A stretch of 59,786 nucleotides of DNA, the filler included. It is 3 parts of 3 records of this genome, joined end to end, with 100 filler letters (N's around TTAATTAATTAA, not from the genome) between each part and the next. Parts side by side here need not be neighbours in the genome. Positions count along the whole stretch, not along the records: positions 1 to 29,898 come from SRR31156797_7107; 2 more parts are not named here. One strand, written 5' to 3'. The position numbers and the translations under genes are program-made. Within the stretch, counting starts at the first letter, position 1, and each line of letters begins with the position of its first letter. The notes beneath the pieces were generated by a model. The model had not been told where the DNA came from, made no database searches, and worked only from the letters and a program-made list of their open reading frames with translations. Below are positions 19,524 to 28,346 of this stretch, piece after piece.

Positions 19524-20471
19524 CTAGATTACCTCTACCCCGTGTTCCCGGTAGATACTCCTAAGCCGTTCAAAGCGATCTTTGTCATATAGACTTCCTA
19601 TGGCTTCCCTTTTGGAGAGCCTGGGGTCGAGGCGGAATTTTCCGTATTTGTCGATCCACAGTGGATTGTTCTTGAGCAGAGACGTGCGGATGACGCCGTT
19701 GGCCTGATAGAACATGGCCAGTGCCCTGATATTCTCCTCGGAGTCCGTGATACCGGGAATGAGCGGCGTCCGCGGAAGAATATCGAAGGGGCCGGATTGG
19801 GACATCCGGTGAAGTCGCAGGAAGTTCTTCCGAATGATGTCGTTATCATCTCCGCAGAAATGTTTGTGTCGGTCCCTATGGAAGATCTTCATGTCCATGT
19901 GGATCGTATCCACAAAAGGGAGTATTGCCCTTTCGAAATCTTCTATGGGGAATTTTCCATTGGTCTGGATCAGTGTATGAAAGCCTTCCCACTTGAAGCG
20001 CTTCAGCAGGGAGGATAGAAAGTCCATGAACAGCGTCGGTTCGCCGCCGGACACGGTGATCCCGCCGCCGGACACAAGGAAAAATGTCTTGTACGGGACG
20101 ACATGGCGCACCAATTCTTCGATGCTCATTTCACGCCCTACAGTTTCAAGAGCGTTGGCGGGGCACACTTCCACACACAAAAAGCAGAGGGTGCAGGCTT
20201 TTCCGTCAAACACCACAGGCGGCTCATCAAGCGTCGGATCTCCCTTTTTTCGCGCCTTTTCCGGACAGGCGGCAGCGCACGTGAGACACCCCGTGCACCG
20301 ACTCCGGTCATGGAACAGCTCGCTCCGGGGCAGTTTGCTCTCCGGATTGTGACACCAGGCACAATCCAGCGAGCACCCTTTCAGAAAGATGACTGAGCGT
20401 ATCCCCGGGCCGTCCTCCAGTGAATTGTGCTTTATTTCAAAGACAAGAGGCTTTTCCGGCCGGTTAAACAA
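19524..20471 (-). CDS. Glycyl-radical enzyme activase (radical SAM with a ferredoxin insert)
   Basis: SLEDGPGIRSVIFLKGCSLDCAWCHNPE (CxxxCxxC); CTGCLTCAAACP and CTLCFLCVEVCP; GGITVSGGEP; overlaps the GRE stop. Confidence 0.93.
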   Translation of the reverse strand: MFNRPEKPLVFEIKHNSLEDGPGIRSVIFLKGCSLDCAWCHNPESKLPRSELFHDRSRCTGCLTCAAACPEKARKKGDPTLDEPPVVFDGKACTLCFLCVEVCPANALETVGREMSIEELVRHVVPYKTFFLVSGGGITVSGGEPTLFMDFLSSLLKRFKWEGFHTLIQTNGKFPIEDFERAILPFVDTIHMDMKIFHRDRHKHFCGDDNDIIRKNFLRLHRMSQSGPFDILPRTPLIPGITDSEENIRALAMFYQANGVIRTSLLKNNPLWIDKYGKFRLDPRLSKREAIGSLYDKDRFERLRSIYREHGVEVI

Positions 20472-23400
20472 TAAACTCGGTTCTCCCGATAATTTCCAAC
20501 TGCAGATCCTGCTGCATGCGGGTGTAATACCCCGTATATCCGGAAACCCGGGCGATCAGGTCCGGATAGTACTCCGGGTGGGCCATGGCATCCTTGAGGG
20601 TATCGGCGTCCACCATGTTGAACTGGATCTGCATGCCGCCATTAATAAAATACGCTTGCACATAATTTGCGATATGATCCACATTCTGCCTGTGGGAGCT
20701 GCGATCCGCAAAGGAAAGGCGGACGTTCAGGGTGTAGTTGTTATCGCACGTGAGGGGATCGATGCTGGCAACGTCATTGAGGTTGTCGAGGAGGTTTTTG
20801 GAAGCCGCCGGATTCGGCGTCAGCCCGGAGGGGAAAGGGGTTCCCGCAAGCCTTCCCGATGGTGACGCCCCCGAAACCCTTCCGTAAACCGTGTGGTTGT
20901 TGTTGGTCCGGTACCCCGTGCTGTAATGTCCGCCCCTCCCGTTGTCATGGCTGTGCAGGAAGTCGGCGATCATACGGGTAATCCGTCCCACCATGCCCCT
21001 TCCCTCGGCATGTCCCGATCCGAATTTGGGAACACGGTTCATGATATAATGATGCATCCGCTCATGTCCCCGAAAGTTTGCATCCATGGCATCCCTCAGT
21101 TCTTTGAGCGAGTATTTCTTCTCTTCAAAAACCATCTGTTTGATGGTAAGCAGAGAGTCGGCAACGTCGGAGAGCGCAATGAAGGCCGCCCCCGATGAGT
21201 TATACCTTGCGCCCCCATGGGTCATTCCGCGACCCGACGGGATGCAATCCTGGAGCATGAGTGAGTAAAGCGGGGCGGGCATGATCTGCTGATGGATCCG
21301 CAGGATTTGGTGGGAAGCCTCCATCGCCTCCTTGTAGATGAATTTGAATTGTGTTTCAAAGGCATGGAAGAAATCATCGAAGGTTTCGAATGTTTCCACG
21401 TCCCCGGTCTTGGGGCCGAAGTCCCATCGGGCGGTGGGGTGATACCCGTTATAAACGGCCATGGTGAGAGGAACCATCAGGTTGGAATCCAGATCTCCGG
21501 GGGAGGCGAAATGTTTGCCGTGAATAACCGGTTCCACGCACCCGCACGACACCCAGTCCCTGGCATCCTCGACCCTCCAGCCGTGCTGACACAGGGAATC
21601 AATGATCGCCTGGTCGTTGTGGATCGACGGGGTCCCGCTGGTGAGATAATTGAGTTCGGCCACACGCCGGATAAAGGCGGTGCTGTTGACCCCCACCATA
21701 TAGCGGGCATCCATGTCCGGATCATCGAGGGAGAGCATTTCAGCCACCTTCAGAATAACATAGGTCATGTCGTTCACCCCGTCCTTACCCTCTGGGGTCA
21801 CGCCTCCCACCACCACGGATGCAACCCCCGGCGCTCCCGAGTTCTGCCATGAGGCGATGGTGGCCGCCGCGATCCGGTGGCTGGTGAAACGCAGGAACAG
21901 GCATCCCACCAGCTCCATGGCGTGTTTGATGTAAGGTGCCCTCTCGCTTTCAGGCAGCTTCTCCATATCCGCTTCAAAATACGGTTGCAGGATCTGGTCG
22001 AGCCGCCCGATGGTAATATCGTCATCCATACTGTCCAGACACAATGCCACAAACATGATCCAAAGCGATTGAACCGCTTCATGAAGGGTTTCGGCCGGGT
22101 ATCGGGGTACCCGTTTAAGGTTCTCATGAATGGTCTCAAGTTCCTTTTTCCGCACCGGGTCCTTTTCCCTTTCCGTTTCCCCCTTGACCGTTTCCGCCAG
22201 ATTCCGGGTATAGGCCAGCACACCGTCTATGGACGCGAGCATGGCGTTCCAGGTATTCCGCTTCTCTTCATCGGCCTTCTGATAGACCCTTGACGTATCC
22301 TCACTGGCGGCCAATTGCTGCAGGATTTCGCTTCTTATGTTCTCGAGACCCATGCCAACCACCCTTTCGAATCCCGGGCTGCCGGGATTCAGGGAAAAGA
22401 GGCTCCAGAAATTGAAGCAGAACATCCGGTCGTTTATTTGAGCGGACAGGGGGTAGTTGTTTTGGTCTTTCCACATGTGCAGAATATGTTTGTCCATCCA
22501 GTAAGGGAAAACATACTTGTGCAAGATTTCCTTTGTCTCGTCGCTGATGTAGAAGGGGTCCAGTTCACGGTCTTTCAGGGTGGTCATCTCTCCCCAGATG
22601 GACCAGCCCACCGTGTAGGGCTGGTTGACGGAACCGCAGATGGGGTTCGGCGTGACGGTGCCGGCAAGGAGGTCGTCTTTGCGGAGCAGCGGCTCCTTGT
22701 TTTTCATCAGGTGTTCAAAGGCTTTTGCCGTGCGAAGCATGGGATCCCAGGCTGAACCGTCTTTTTTCTTATGAAATCCGTTCTCCACATGGAAGTCGGT
22801 CAGCAACCGACCTTGTTCGGCGGTGACTTCCGGCATGGTATGGTAGTGATCCTTCCGGAACCTCACAAGGCGGGGAAAGTCCTCCAAGGCGTATGGGGAC
22901 AGGTACGGTTCCTTGAGCCACTTGACACCGGGATCCATGTGTTCCGCCCGCAACCTTCCCCCAATCCGGTTCTGGCGCATCTTTCGCTGGGGTTCTCCCG
23001 CTTTTTCCGCACGCTCAAGGTTTTCCCGTCTGTGCTTTTGGGCCTGTTCCCTGAACGACTTCACGTCCTCGTCCCGGCTGATCAGGCCGGCCAGATAGCT
23101 CACGTACCCGAATGCCGCGGGATTGCCTTCCATACGAACATGACTGGCCAGAAACATTCTGATGGCCTCGTCATGGCCGGCGTTGAGGTATTTTGCAAAC
23201 GTCTGTTTGCCGTCAAACACCAGGGTTGCATTCGCATGGCGTTTGCAGACACCCTTGATGACGTTACATCTGGCACCTTGGATCTCAATGGTGAACCGGA
23301 TGGCATCATCTTCCGTCCTGATCCCCACGACCGCGTTGATCGGTCCCAGCATGCCGACCATTTCCCGGTTCAGATTCGGGTCCGTGTTGAGTGCCTCTTG

Positions 23401-23493
23401 AATGTCCCTCAGTGTTGAATGCAACAGCTCCCCTGGGTTCTCACTTTCCTTTCCTATGGAGTGGATACCTACCAGATTCCTGAAATCGTTCAT
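20464..23493 (-). CDS. Glycyl radical enzyme (PFL superfamily) with an N-terminal SCP2-like domain
   Basis: PAETLHEAVQSLW, IGRLDQILQPY, VGGVTPEGKDGVND, Cys loop SCGCVEP, PKFG, GASPSGRLAG, GGMQIQFN, glycyl loop LIARVSGY; about 150-aa N-terminal extension. Confidence 0.92.
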   Translation of the reverse strand: MNDFRNLVGIHSIGKESENPGELLHSTLRDIQEALNTDPNLNREMVGMLGPINAVVGIRTEDDAIRFTIEIQGARCNVIKGVCKRHANATLVFDGKQTFAKYLNAGHDEAIRMFLASHVRMEGNPAAFGYVSYLAGLISRDEDVKSFREQAQKHRRENLERAEKAGEPQRKMRQNRIGGRLRAEHMDPGVKWLKEPYLSPYALEDFPRLVRFRKDHYHTMPEVTAEQGRLLTDFHVENGFHKKKDGSAWDPMLRTAKAFEHLMKNKEPLLRKDDLLAGTVTPNPICGSVNQPYTVGWSIWGEMTTLKDRELDPFYISDETKEILHKYVFPYWMDKHILHMWKDQNNYPLSAQINDRMFCFNFWSLFSLNPGSPGFERVVGMGLENIRSEILQQLAASEDTSRVYQKADEEKRNTWNAMLASIDGVLAYTRNLAETVKGETEREKDPVRKKELETIHENLKRVPRYPAETLHEAVQSLWIMFVALCLDSMDDDITIGRLDQILQPYFEADMEKLPESERAPYIKHAMELVGCLFLRFTSHRIAAATIASWQNSGAPGVASVVVGGVTPEGKDGVNDMTYVILKVAEMLSLDDPDMDARYMVGVNSTAFIRRVAELNYLTSGTPSIHNDQAIIDSLCQHGWRVEDARDWVSCGCVEPVIHGKHFASPGDLDSNLMVPLTMAVYNGYHPTARWDFGPKTGDVETFETFDDFFHAFETQFKFIYKEAMEASHQILRIHQQIMPAPLYSLMLQDCIPSGRGMTHGGARYNSSGAAFIALSDVADSLLTIKQMVFEEKKYSLKELRDAMDANFRGHERMHHYIMNRVPKFGSGHAEGRGMVGRITRMIADFLHSHDNGRGGHYSTGYRTNNNHTVYGRVSGASPSGRLAGTPFPSGLTPNPAASKNLLDNLNDVASIDPLTCDNNYTLNVRLSFADRSSHRQNVDHIANYVQAYFINGGMQIQFNMVDADTLKDAMAHPEYYPDLIARVSGYTGYYTRMQQDLQLEIIGRTEFIV

Positions 23494-23572
23494 ATCCTGT
23501 TTTCCTCCATGTTTTCAGGCTCATTACCTTTAAGAACCATCCGTTTGGATAGGCCCTCCGGGTTGACGTATA

Positions 23573-24496
23573 TCAGGCCAAAGGTGGCGGGGGCGGGGGC
23601 AATTCACCACGCTCCAGGGCTTCACGGGCGGATTTTACCGGTATGGTTCCCTCGCAGGGGACACCCACCTGGCACAACCCGCACCCGTACCCTTCAAAGC
23701 GGTAGGTTTTTTCCACATACTCCCTGGAGCGGGCCAGATGCTGCCGGCACTTTTCTTTGTCATGGCCCGCTTCGGTGATGGCTCGGACCGGGCAGCGGTC
23801 AATGCATTTTCCGCAGGTCCCTTCGGCAAAAAAGAGGCAATAGGCCCGGTGATCGGCATAGGGCCGCGGTGTGGGTTCAATGGAGATTCTGGCAATGACC
23901 GATCCGGCCCGCAACGCTTTGCCCTTTTGGGTGATCAAACCATCGCACAGGCCGAAGGTGCCCAGACCGGCGGCGTGGGCCGCATGGCGTTCGGACCAGG
24001 AGGAGGCGTAGGAGAACCGTTTTGATTTGAGAACGGTCCAGTTGGGGACCAGCATGGGCGGAATGGCCATGTGTCCGGTATCTCCCAGGCGCCCAACCAC
24101 ATGGCGACGCAGGGCGATGTTGAAGGCTTCCCCGTAAACCCTGATTCTGGCCCATTGTTCGGCCGGAAATTTCCTGGCCCGGCGATTTGCCTCCCGGACC
24201 CGCTTTCTCTGGGGCAGAACCCATGAGATGACGGTCAACTCATCCGGCGTGGCGGGTTCCCGGGGAGAGTGCTGGGTATAGATCTCCCACGGGGTCCAGT
24301 GGAAGGCACCGATGTACTCCTTGTACTGTTGCCAGATGGGATCCGCACCCGAGGCAAATCCCACCAGAACATCGTCGTCCCAGGCCGCTTGGCCCGATTC
24401 GTCTCCCATGGTGTTGCGGGGTGAAGAGACAATAAAGGTCCGGATAACATTTTCAACCCACGCTCCGGCGTCACCCAAAATCGGTTCTTTGTCCAT
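23573..24496 (-). CDS. QueG/reductive-dehalogenase-like 4Fe-4S protein (epoxyqueuosine reductase-like)
   Basis: LVGFASGADP, WSERHAAHAAGLGTFGL, CLFFAEGTCGKCIDRCPVRAI, CGLCQVGVPC. Confidence 0.8.
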   Translation of the reverse strand: MDKEPILGDAGAWVENVIRTFIVSSPRNTMGDESGQAAWDDDVLVGFASGADPIWQQYKEYIGAFHWTPWEIYTQHSPREPATPDELTVISWVLPQRKRVREANRRARKFPAEQWARIRVYGEAFNIALRRHVVGRLGDTGHMAIPPMLVPNWTVLKSKRFSYASSWSERHAAHAAGLGTFGLCDGLITQKGKALRAGSVIARISIEPTPRPYADHRAYCLFFAEGTCGKCIDRCPVRAITEAGHDKEKCRQHLARSREYVEKTYRFEGYGCGLCQVGVPCEGTIPVKSAREALERGELPPPPPPLA

Positions 24497-24537
24497 TTAA
24501 ACCCCCTGTAACATTATAAATGTTCCGTGAAAAAAAC

Positions 24538-26205
24538 TTAGATTCGTATGGTGTATTCATATCCCTGTTCGCACAAAAACAGCTGGCGTTTCAGGGCAAA
24601 ATCCTGCTCCACCGTATCCCTTGTGACCAGCGAATAGAAGTAGGCCCGGTTTTCCCCGGGTTTGGGCCTCAGGATCCTGCCCAGGCGCTGGGCTTCCTCC
24701 TGCCGGGAGCCGAAGGTGCCGGAAATCTGGATGGCCACGGCGGCATCGGGAAGATCCACCGCAAAATTGGCCACCTTGGAAACCGCCAGTGCACTGATTT
24801 TTCCCTCCTTGAAATCTTCGTAAAGGCTGTCCCGTTTTTTCTGGGATGTGGACCCGGTGATCAATGGGATACAAAGCCCTTTGGCCGCCTCCTTCAACTG
24901 ATCGATATACATGCCGATCAAAAGGATTTGTTTTCCCCTGTGCCGGGCCATGATCTCCTTAATCAAACCCTGTTTGGCGGGATTTTCCGAAGAAATCCGG
25001 AATTTTCTTCGCTTGTCGGCTACGGCATAATCCATGCGCAACTCTTCGGGGAGGGGGATGCGGATTTCGCAGCATCGGGCTTTGGCGATCCATCCCTGCT
25101 GCTCCATCTCCTTCCAGGGTACATCCACCTTTTTGGGGCCGATCAAGGCAAACACATCCTCTTCCTTGCCGTCTTCCCGAACCAGCGTTGCGGTAAGACC
25201 CAGCCGCCGTCGGGCCTGAAGCCCTGCCGTCACCTGAAATACGGGGGCCGGCAGCATGTGGACCTCGTCGTAGATGATGAGCCCCCAGTTGCGGTGGTCA
25301 AAAAGGGTCAGGTGAGGAAAATCACCTTCCTTATCCGGCCGATAGGTCATGATCTGGTATGTGGCGATGGTGACTTGGCGAATCTCTTTGGTATTCCCGC
25401 TGTATTCTCCGATGTCTTCTTCAGAAAGGTCGGTTTTATCCATCAGTTCCTGCTTCCACTGGCGGATGGCGGTCACATTGGTGGTGAGGATCAGGGTGGA
25501 GGTTTGAAGCTGGGCCATGCAGGAGATGCCCACAATGGTTTTTCCGGCCCCGCACGGCAGCACGATAACCCCGGCACCGCCCCGGTCGGCACCTTCGGCG
25601 TAAAAGGCATCGGCCGCCTGCTGCTGGTAGGGGCGAAAAGAAAAAGGCGTGTCCGAAAGGGTGGTGGCGCGCACGGCGAAATTTACCCTCGCACCCTTTA
25701 CATACCCGGCCAGGTCTTCCGCCGGAAATCCCGCTTTGATGAGTGCCTGTTTGATTCTGCCGCGGTCGGCGGCTCTGATCTGAAATTCGGTTTTTGAGAT
25801 CCGTTCCGTCAGTAGTTCCCCTATGGCGGGTGTATGGACCATCTCTTCCGCAAGGGGTTCACTGTCGGCCGTGAGGAGAAGCCCTTTGCCATTGCGGCGG
25901 AGCTTCATGCGCCCGAACCGGGATGCGAAATCATTGATCTCCACCAGGACGTGTTCCGGAACCGGGTATTTGGAAAATTCGCACAGGGCATCCATAATAG
26001 TGGTGGCGGGAATGCCGGCGGCCCGGGCATTCCAGATGGAAAGGGGTGTGATGCGGTAGGTATGAATGTGTTCGGGGGATTTGACCAGTTCCGCGAACCG
26101 GACCAGTTCGTTTCGGGCGGCTTCATAACGGGGGCTTTGCACTTCCACCAAAACGGTGTGATCCCCTTGGACAATGAGCGGGTTGACGGGGTTGAAATCG
26201 GTCAT
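24538..26205 (-). CDS. XPB/Rad25-like SF2 DNA helicase
   Basis: PLIVQGDHTVLVEV, ELVKSPEHIHTYRITPLSIWNA, FRPYQ, GVIVLPCGAGKT, IIYDEVH, RRLGLTATLVRED, QRLGRILRPK. ATG 26205 overlaps the upstream TGA (ATGA). Confidence 0.92.
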   Translation of the reverse strand: MTDFNPVNPLIVQGDHTVLVEVQSPRYEAARNELVRFAELVKSPEHIHTYRITPLSIWNARAAGIPATTIMDALCEFSKYPVPEHVLVEINDFASRFGRMKLRRNGKGLLLTADSEPLAEEMVHTPAIGELLTERISKTEFQIRAADRGRIKQALIKAGFPAEDLAGYVKGARVNFAVRATTLSDTPFSFRPYQQQAADAFYAEGADRGGAGVIVLPCGAGKTIVGISCMAQLQTSTLILTTNVTAIRQWKQELMDKTDLSEEDIGEYSGNTKEIRQVTIATYQIMTYRPDKEGDFPHLTLFDHRNWGLIIYDEVHMLPAPVFQVTAGLQARRRLGLTATLVREDGKEEDVFALIGPKKVDVPWKEMEQQGWIAKARCCEIRIPLPEELRMDYAVADKRRKFRISSENPAKQGLIKEIMARHRGKQILLIGMYIDQLKEAAKGLCIPLITGSTSQKKRDSLYEDFKEGKISALAVSKVANFAVDLPDAAVAIQISGTFGSRQEEAQRLGRILRPKPGENRAYFYSLVTRDTVEQDFALKRQLFLCEQGYEYTIRI

Positions 26206-28007
26206 ATCTGCTCTCGCAGTTGCGGCACGATGTAGCCCAGCCGCACCAGGGCCGTCATGAATTGTTTCTCTTTTCCCGGCAGGATCACAATATGTTTTTC
26301 CCCGGCTGGCCGGCACAGTTTTGACAGTTTTGTATCGGTGGTCACCAGTTTTTGAAGCACGGGATCTTTGCACCCAATGAGATGACTCCTGCCTGAGTAT
26401 TTAAGCCCGGATGAACGATTTTTCGCATCCTTTAAAAGGGTGGTTACGGTTTCGGGAATGGGCTGGGAGGACCGGGATGCCAGGAAAGTTTTGATTTCTT
26501 CAATGGTCGTTCCGTTTTGTGCCGATTCCAGGAGGGTGCGGGTGGTCAGTTTCCACAAAGCTGAAGACTTTTTTTGGCATGTTTTTTCAAGAAACAATTT
26601 GTCCGCAGGGGAAAGGGCGTGCATGTCGGTCACCACCACATCATGGTTGGGCAGGACGGTGAGAACCGCTCTGTTTTCGGTGGGTGCGGTTTCATAATCA
26701 TCGGCCATTTCCATGGCAAAAGCGCCCAATGCATTAAGCCTGATATACATGAGTCCGTCGTAACGGCTCAGGAAGTTTGTATCGTCCTCACCCCATCCCC
26801 AGATATCGTGGCAGTCGGAAAGGGCGCCGTCGGGATGGATATAGGCCACGTCAATGAGCCCCAGGGTGGCCGCATACTCAAACAGAAAGGCCAATACGTA
26901 CCGCTTTTTGACCATGGTCTCCCCATACTCATCCAGGTGTCCGTACTGGGAATCCCCCACATAGAGCTTCCAGGCGTACCGTACCACCTCGAAATCGAGA
27001 CCTTCCGAATTCATGGCACGGATCAATTCTTTCACCGTGAGCCATTTTCCGGGAGCGCACAGCATAAGACCGTCGTACAAAACCGGCCTTCGCGTATGGG
27101 CCGCAAACAGCGTGCGTCCCCTGGAAGACTTCTGTCCCTTGATCCGGTCCACCCGGCTGAATTCATCCAGGAACTTGGTGGTGTGCCATTTTGCCCAAGC
27201 GTCTTTAATGATCTGGGGAAGATTCCCCTTGAGTCCCTTTTTCCCCTTGTTGGTGAGTTTGAGTGTGCTGCCGTCCGCCTTTGCCAATCCCGTACCCTGA
27301 AGCAATACGGGCCATGCAAAGGCCTGTATATGGCCGATGCCCCCCAGAATATCCTGTTCTTCATACCAGTCGCCCTCCTGAAGGAGCTTTGCCAGTTTTT
27401 TCTGGGCTGCCAGGGTAGGGCGCCCCGTTTTGGCGCTGACCTTGATTTTGCCCCCTTCAACCAGCCGCAAAACGGTCTCCAGGTTATGGATGGCGGAAGC
27501 CGCCGTATTGCGAACCATGAGATCACTGTCCACCGTCTTCTCGTGGATGTCAAGCGGGATGGATTCAGGCAGTTTGTCCGAATATTTTATGCGATCTTCT
27601 TCGGGTTTTTTGAGAAATTCTTTTAATGCGTTCCTTAGGTCATTGGGGATATGCCGGTTAATTATAAAGAGGTCCACCAGGTGGCCCTTGGAACGCCACT
27701 CAAGGCTTTTACCGATAGACGGCGCATGTTGATACTTGGCCTTGAATCGGACGATATCCAACTCTCCTTCGGGAGAAAAGGCCGCTTCTTGAACCGCGGC
27801 CTTTTCGAGATCGACCAGTTTTTCAAAATGGGATTTTAGATGGGGACTCAACAGGGTCCCACAGATGGCGTTGACGATATCCGCTTTTCGAGTGGGAATT
27901 TTGTGACAAACCAGTTTTGCCAGAGGTTTAAGAGTGTCCACCCCGTAGCTGTTGAACAGGGCTTCTTTCAGGGTTTCGTATGTGGGGTTTTCAAGGTATG
28001 CGGGCAT
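26202..28007 (-). CDS. XPB-associated protein with a C-terminal helicase-associated (Helicase_C_3-like) domain
   Basis: 601-aa ORF translationally coupled to XPB. The C-terminal VLPNHDVVV...WKLTTRTLLESAQNG...FLASRS..PIPETVTTLL resembles the helicase-associated domain. Confidence 0.7.
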   Translation of the reverse strand: MPAYLENPTYETLKEALFNSYGVDTLKPLAKLVCHKIPTRKADIVNAICGTLLSPHLKSHFEKLVDLEKAAVQEAAFSPEGELDIVRFKAKYQHAPSIGKSLEWRSKGHLVDLFIINRHIPNDLRNALKEFLKKPEEDRIKYSDKLPESIPLDIHEKTVDSDLMVRNTAASAIHNLETVLRLVEGGKIKVSAKTGRPTLAAQKKLAKLLQEGDWYEEQDILGGIGHIQAFAWPVLLQGTGLAKADGSTLKLTNKGKKGLKGNLPQIIKDAWAKWHTTKFLDEFSRVDRIKGQKSSRGRTLFAAHTRRPVLYDGLMLCAPGKWLTVKELIRAMNSEGLDFEVVRYAWKLYVGDSQYGHLDEYGETMVKKRYVLAFLFEYAATLGLIDVAYIHPDGALSDCHDIWGWGEDDTNFLSRYDGLMYIRLNALGAFAMEMADDYETAPTENRAVLTVLPNHDVVVTDMHALSPADKLFLEKTCQKKSSALWKLTTRTLLESAQNGTTIEEIKTFLASRSSQPIPETVTTLLKDAKNRSSGLKYSGRSHLIGCKDPVLQKLVTTDTKLSKLCRPAGEKHIVILPGKEKQFMTALVRLGYIVPQLREQI

Positions 28008-28346
28008 ATCGGGAGATCCGTTTCATCTTTGATTTTTTACGGGTGCGGAAGTGGTAAAAGATGACGGCAGCATAGAAAAATGAGACGGGGTTGTCAATCA
28101 GGGGGATTTCAGGAAATGATGGTATTTGATTCCCATCAGCGTTTGCCTGAACAATGGCTACATTCTCACTATCTCCTCCACAGGACTGTTGACAACCCCC
28201 GATGTTGGGCATATGCTCACACCCATAAACCAAATCGGTAAGTGTGCACCCAATTTATCGGTTAACAGGTGTGTTTTGGTAGAAATCAACAAGAAAGAAC
28301 TTAGTGAAAATGTCTGTTCCGATTGAATTATGAACATATAGGAAAT

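Noticed and set aside
20464-23493. GRE as pyruvate formate-lyase or alkyl/benzylsuccinate synthase
   Set aside because: It lacks the adjacent Cys-Cys pair of PFL, has a CVE loop, and no small beta/gamma subunit genes are adjacent.
26206-26373. N-terminal extension of the XPB ORF
   Set aside because: It overlaps the upstream gene; family similarity starts at MTDFNP (26205), which has an ATGA overlap.
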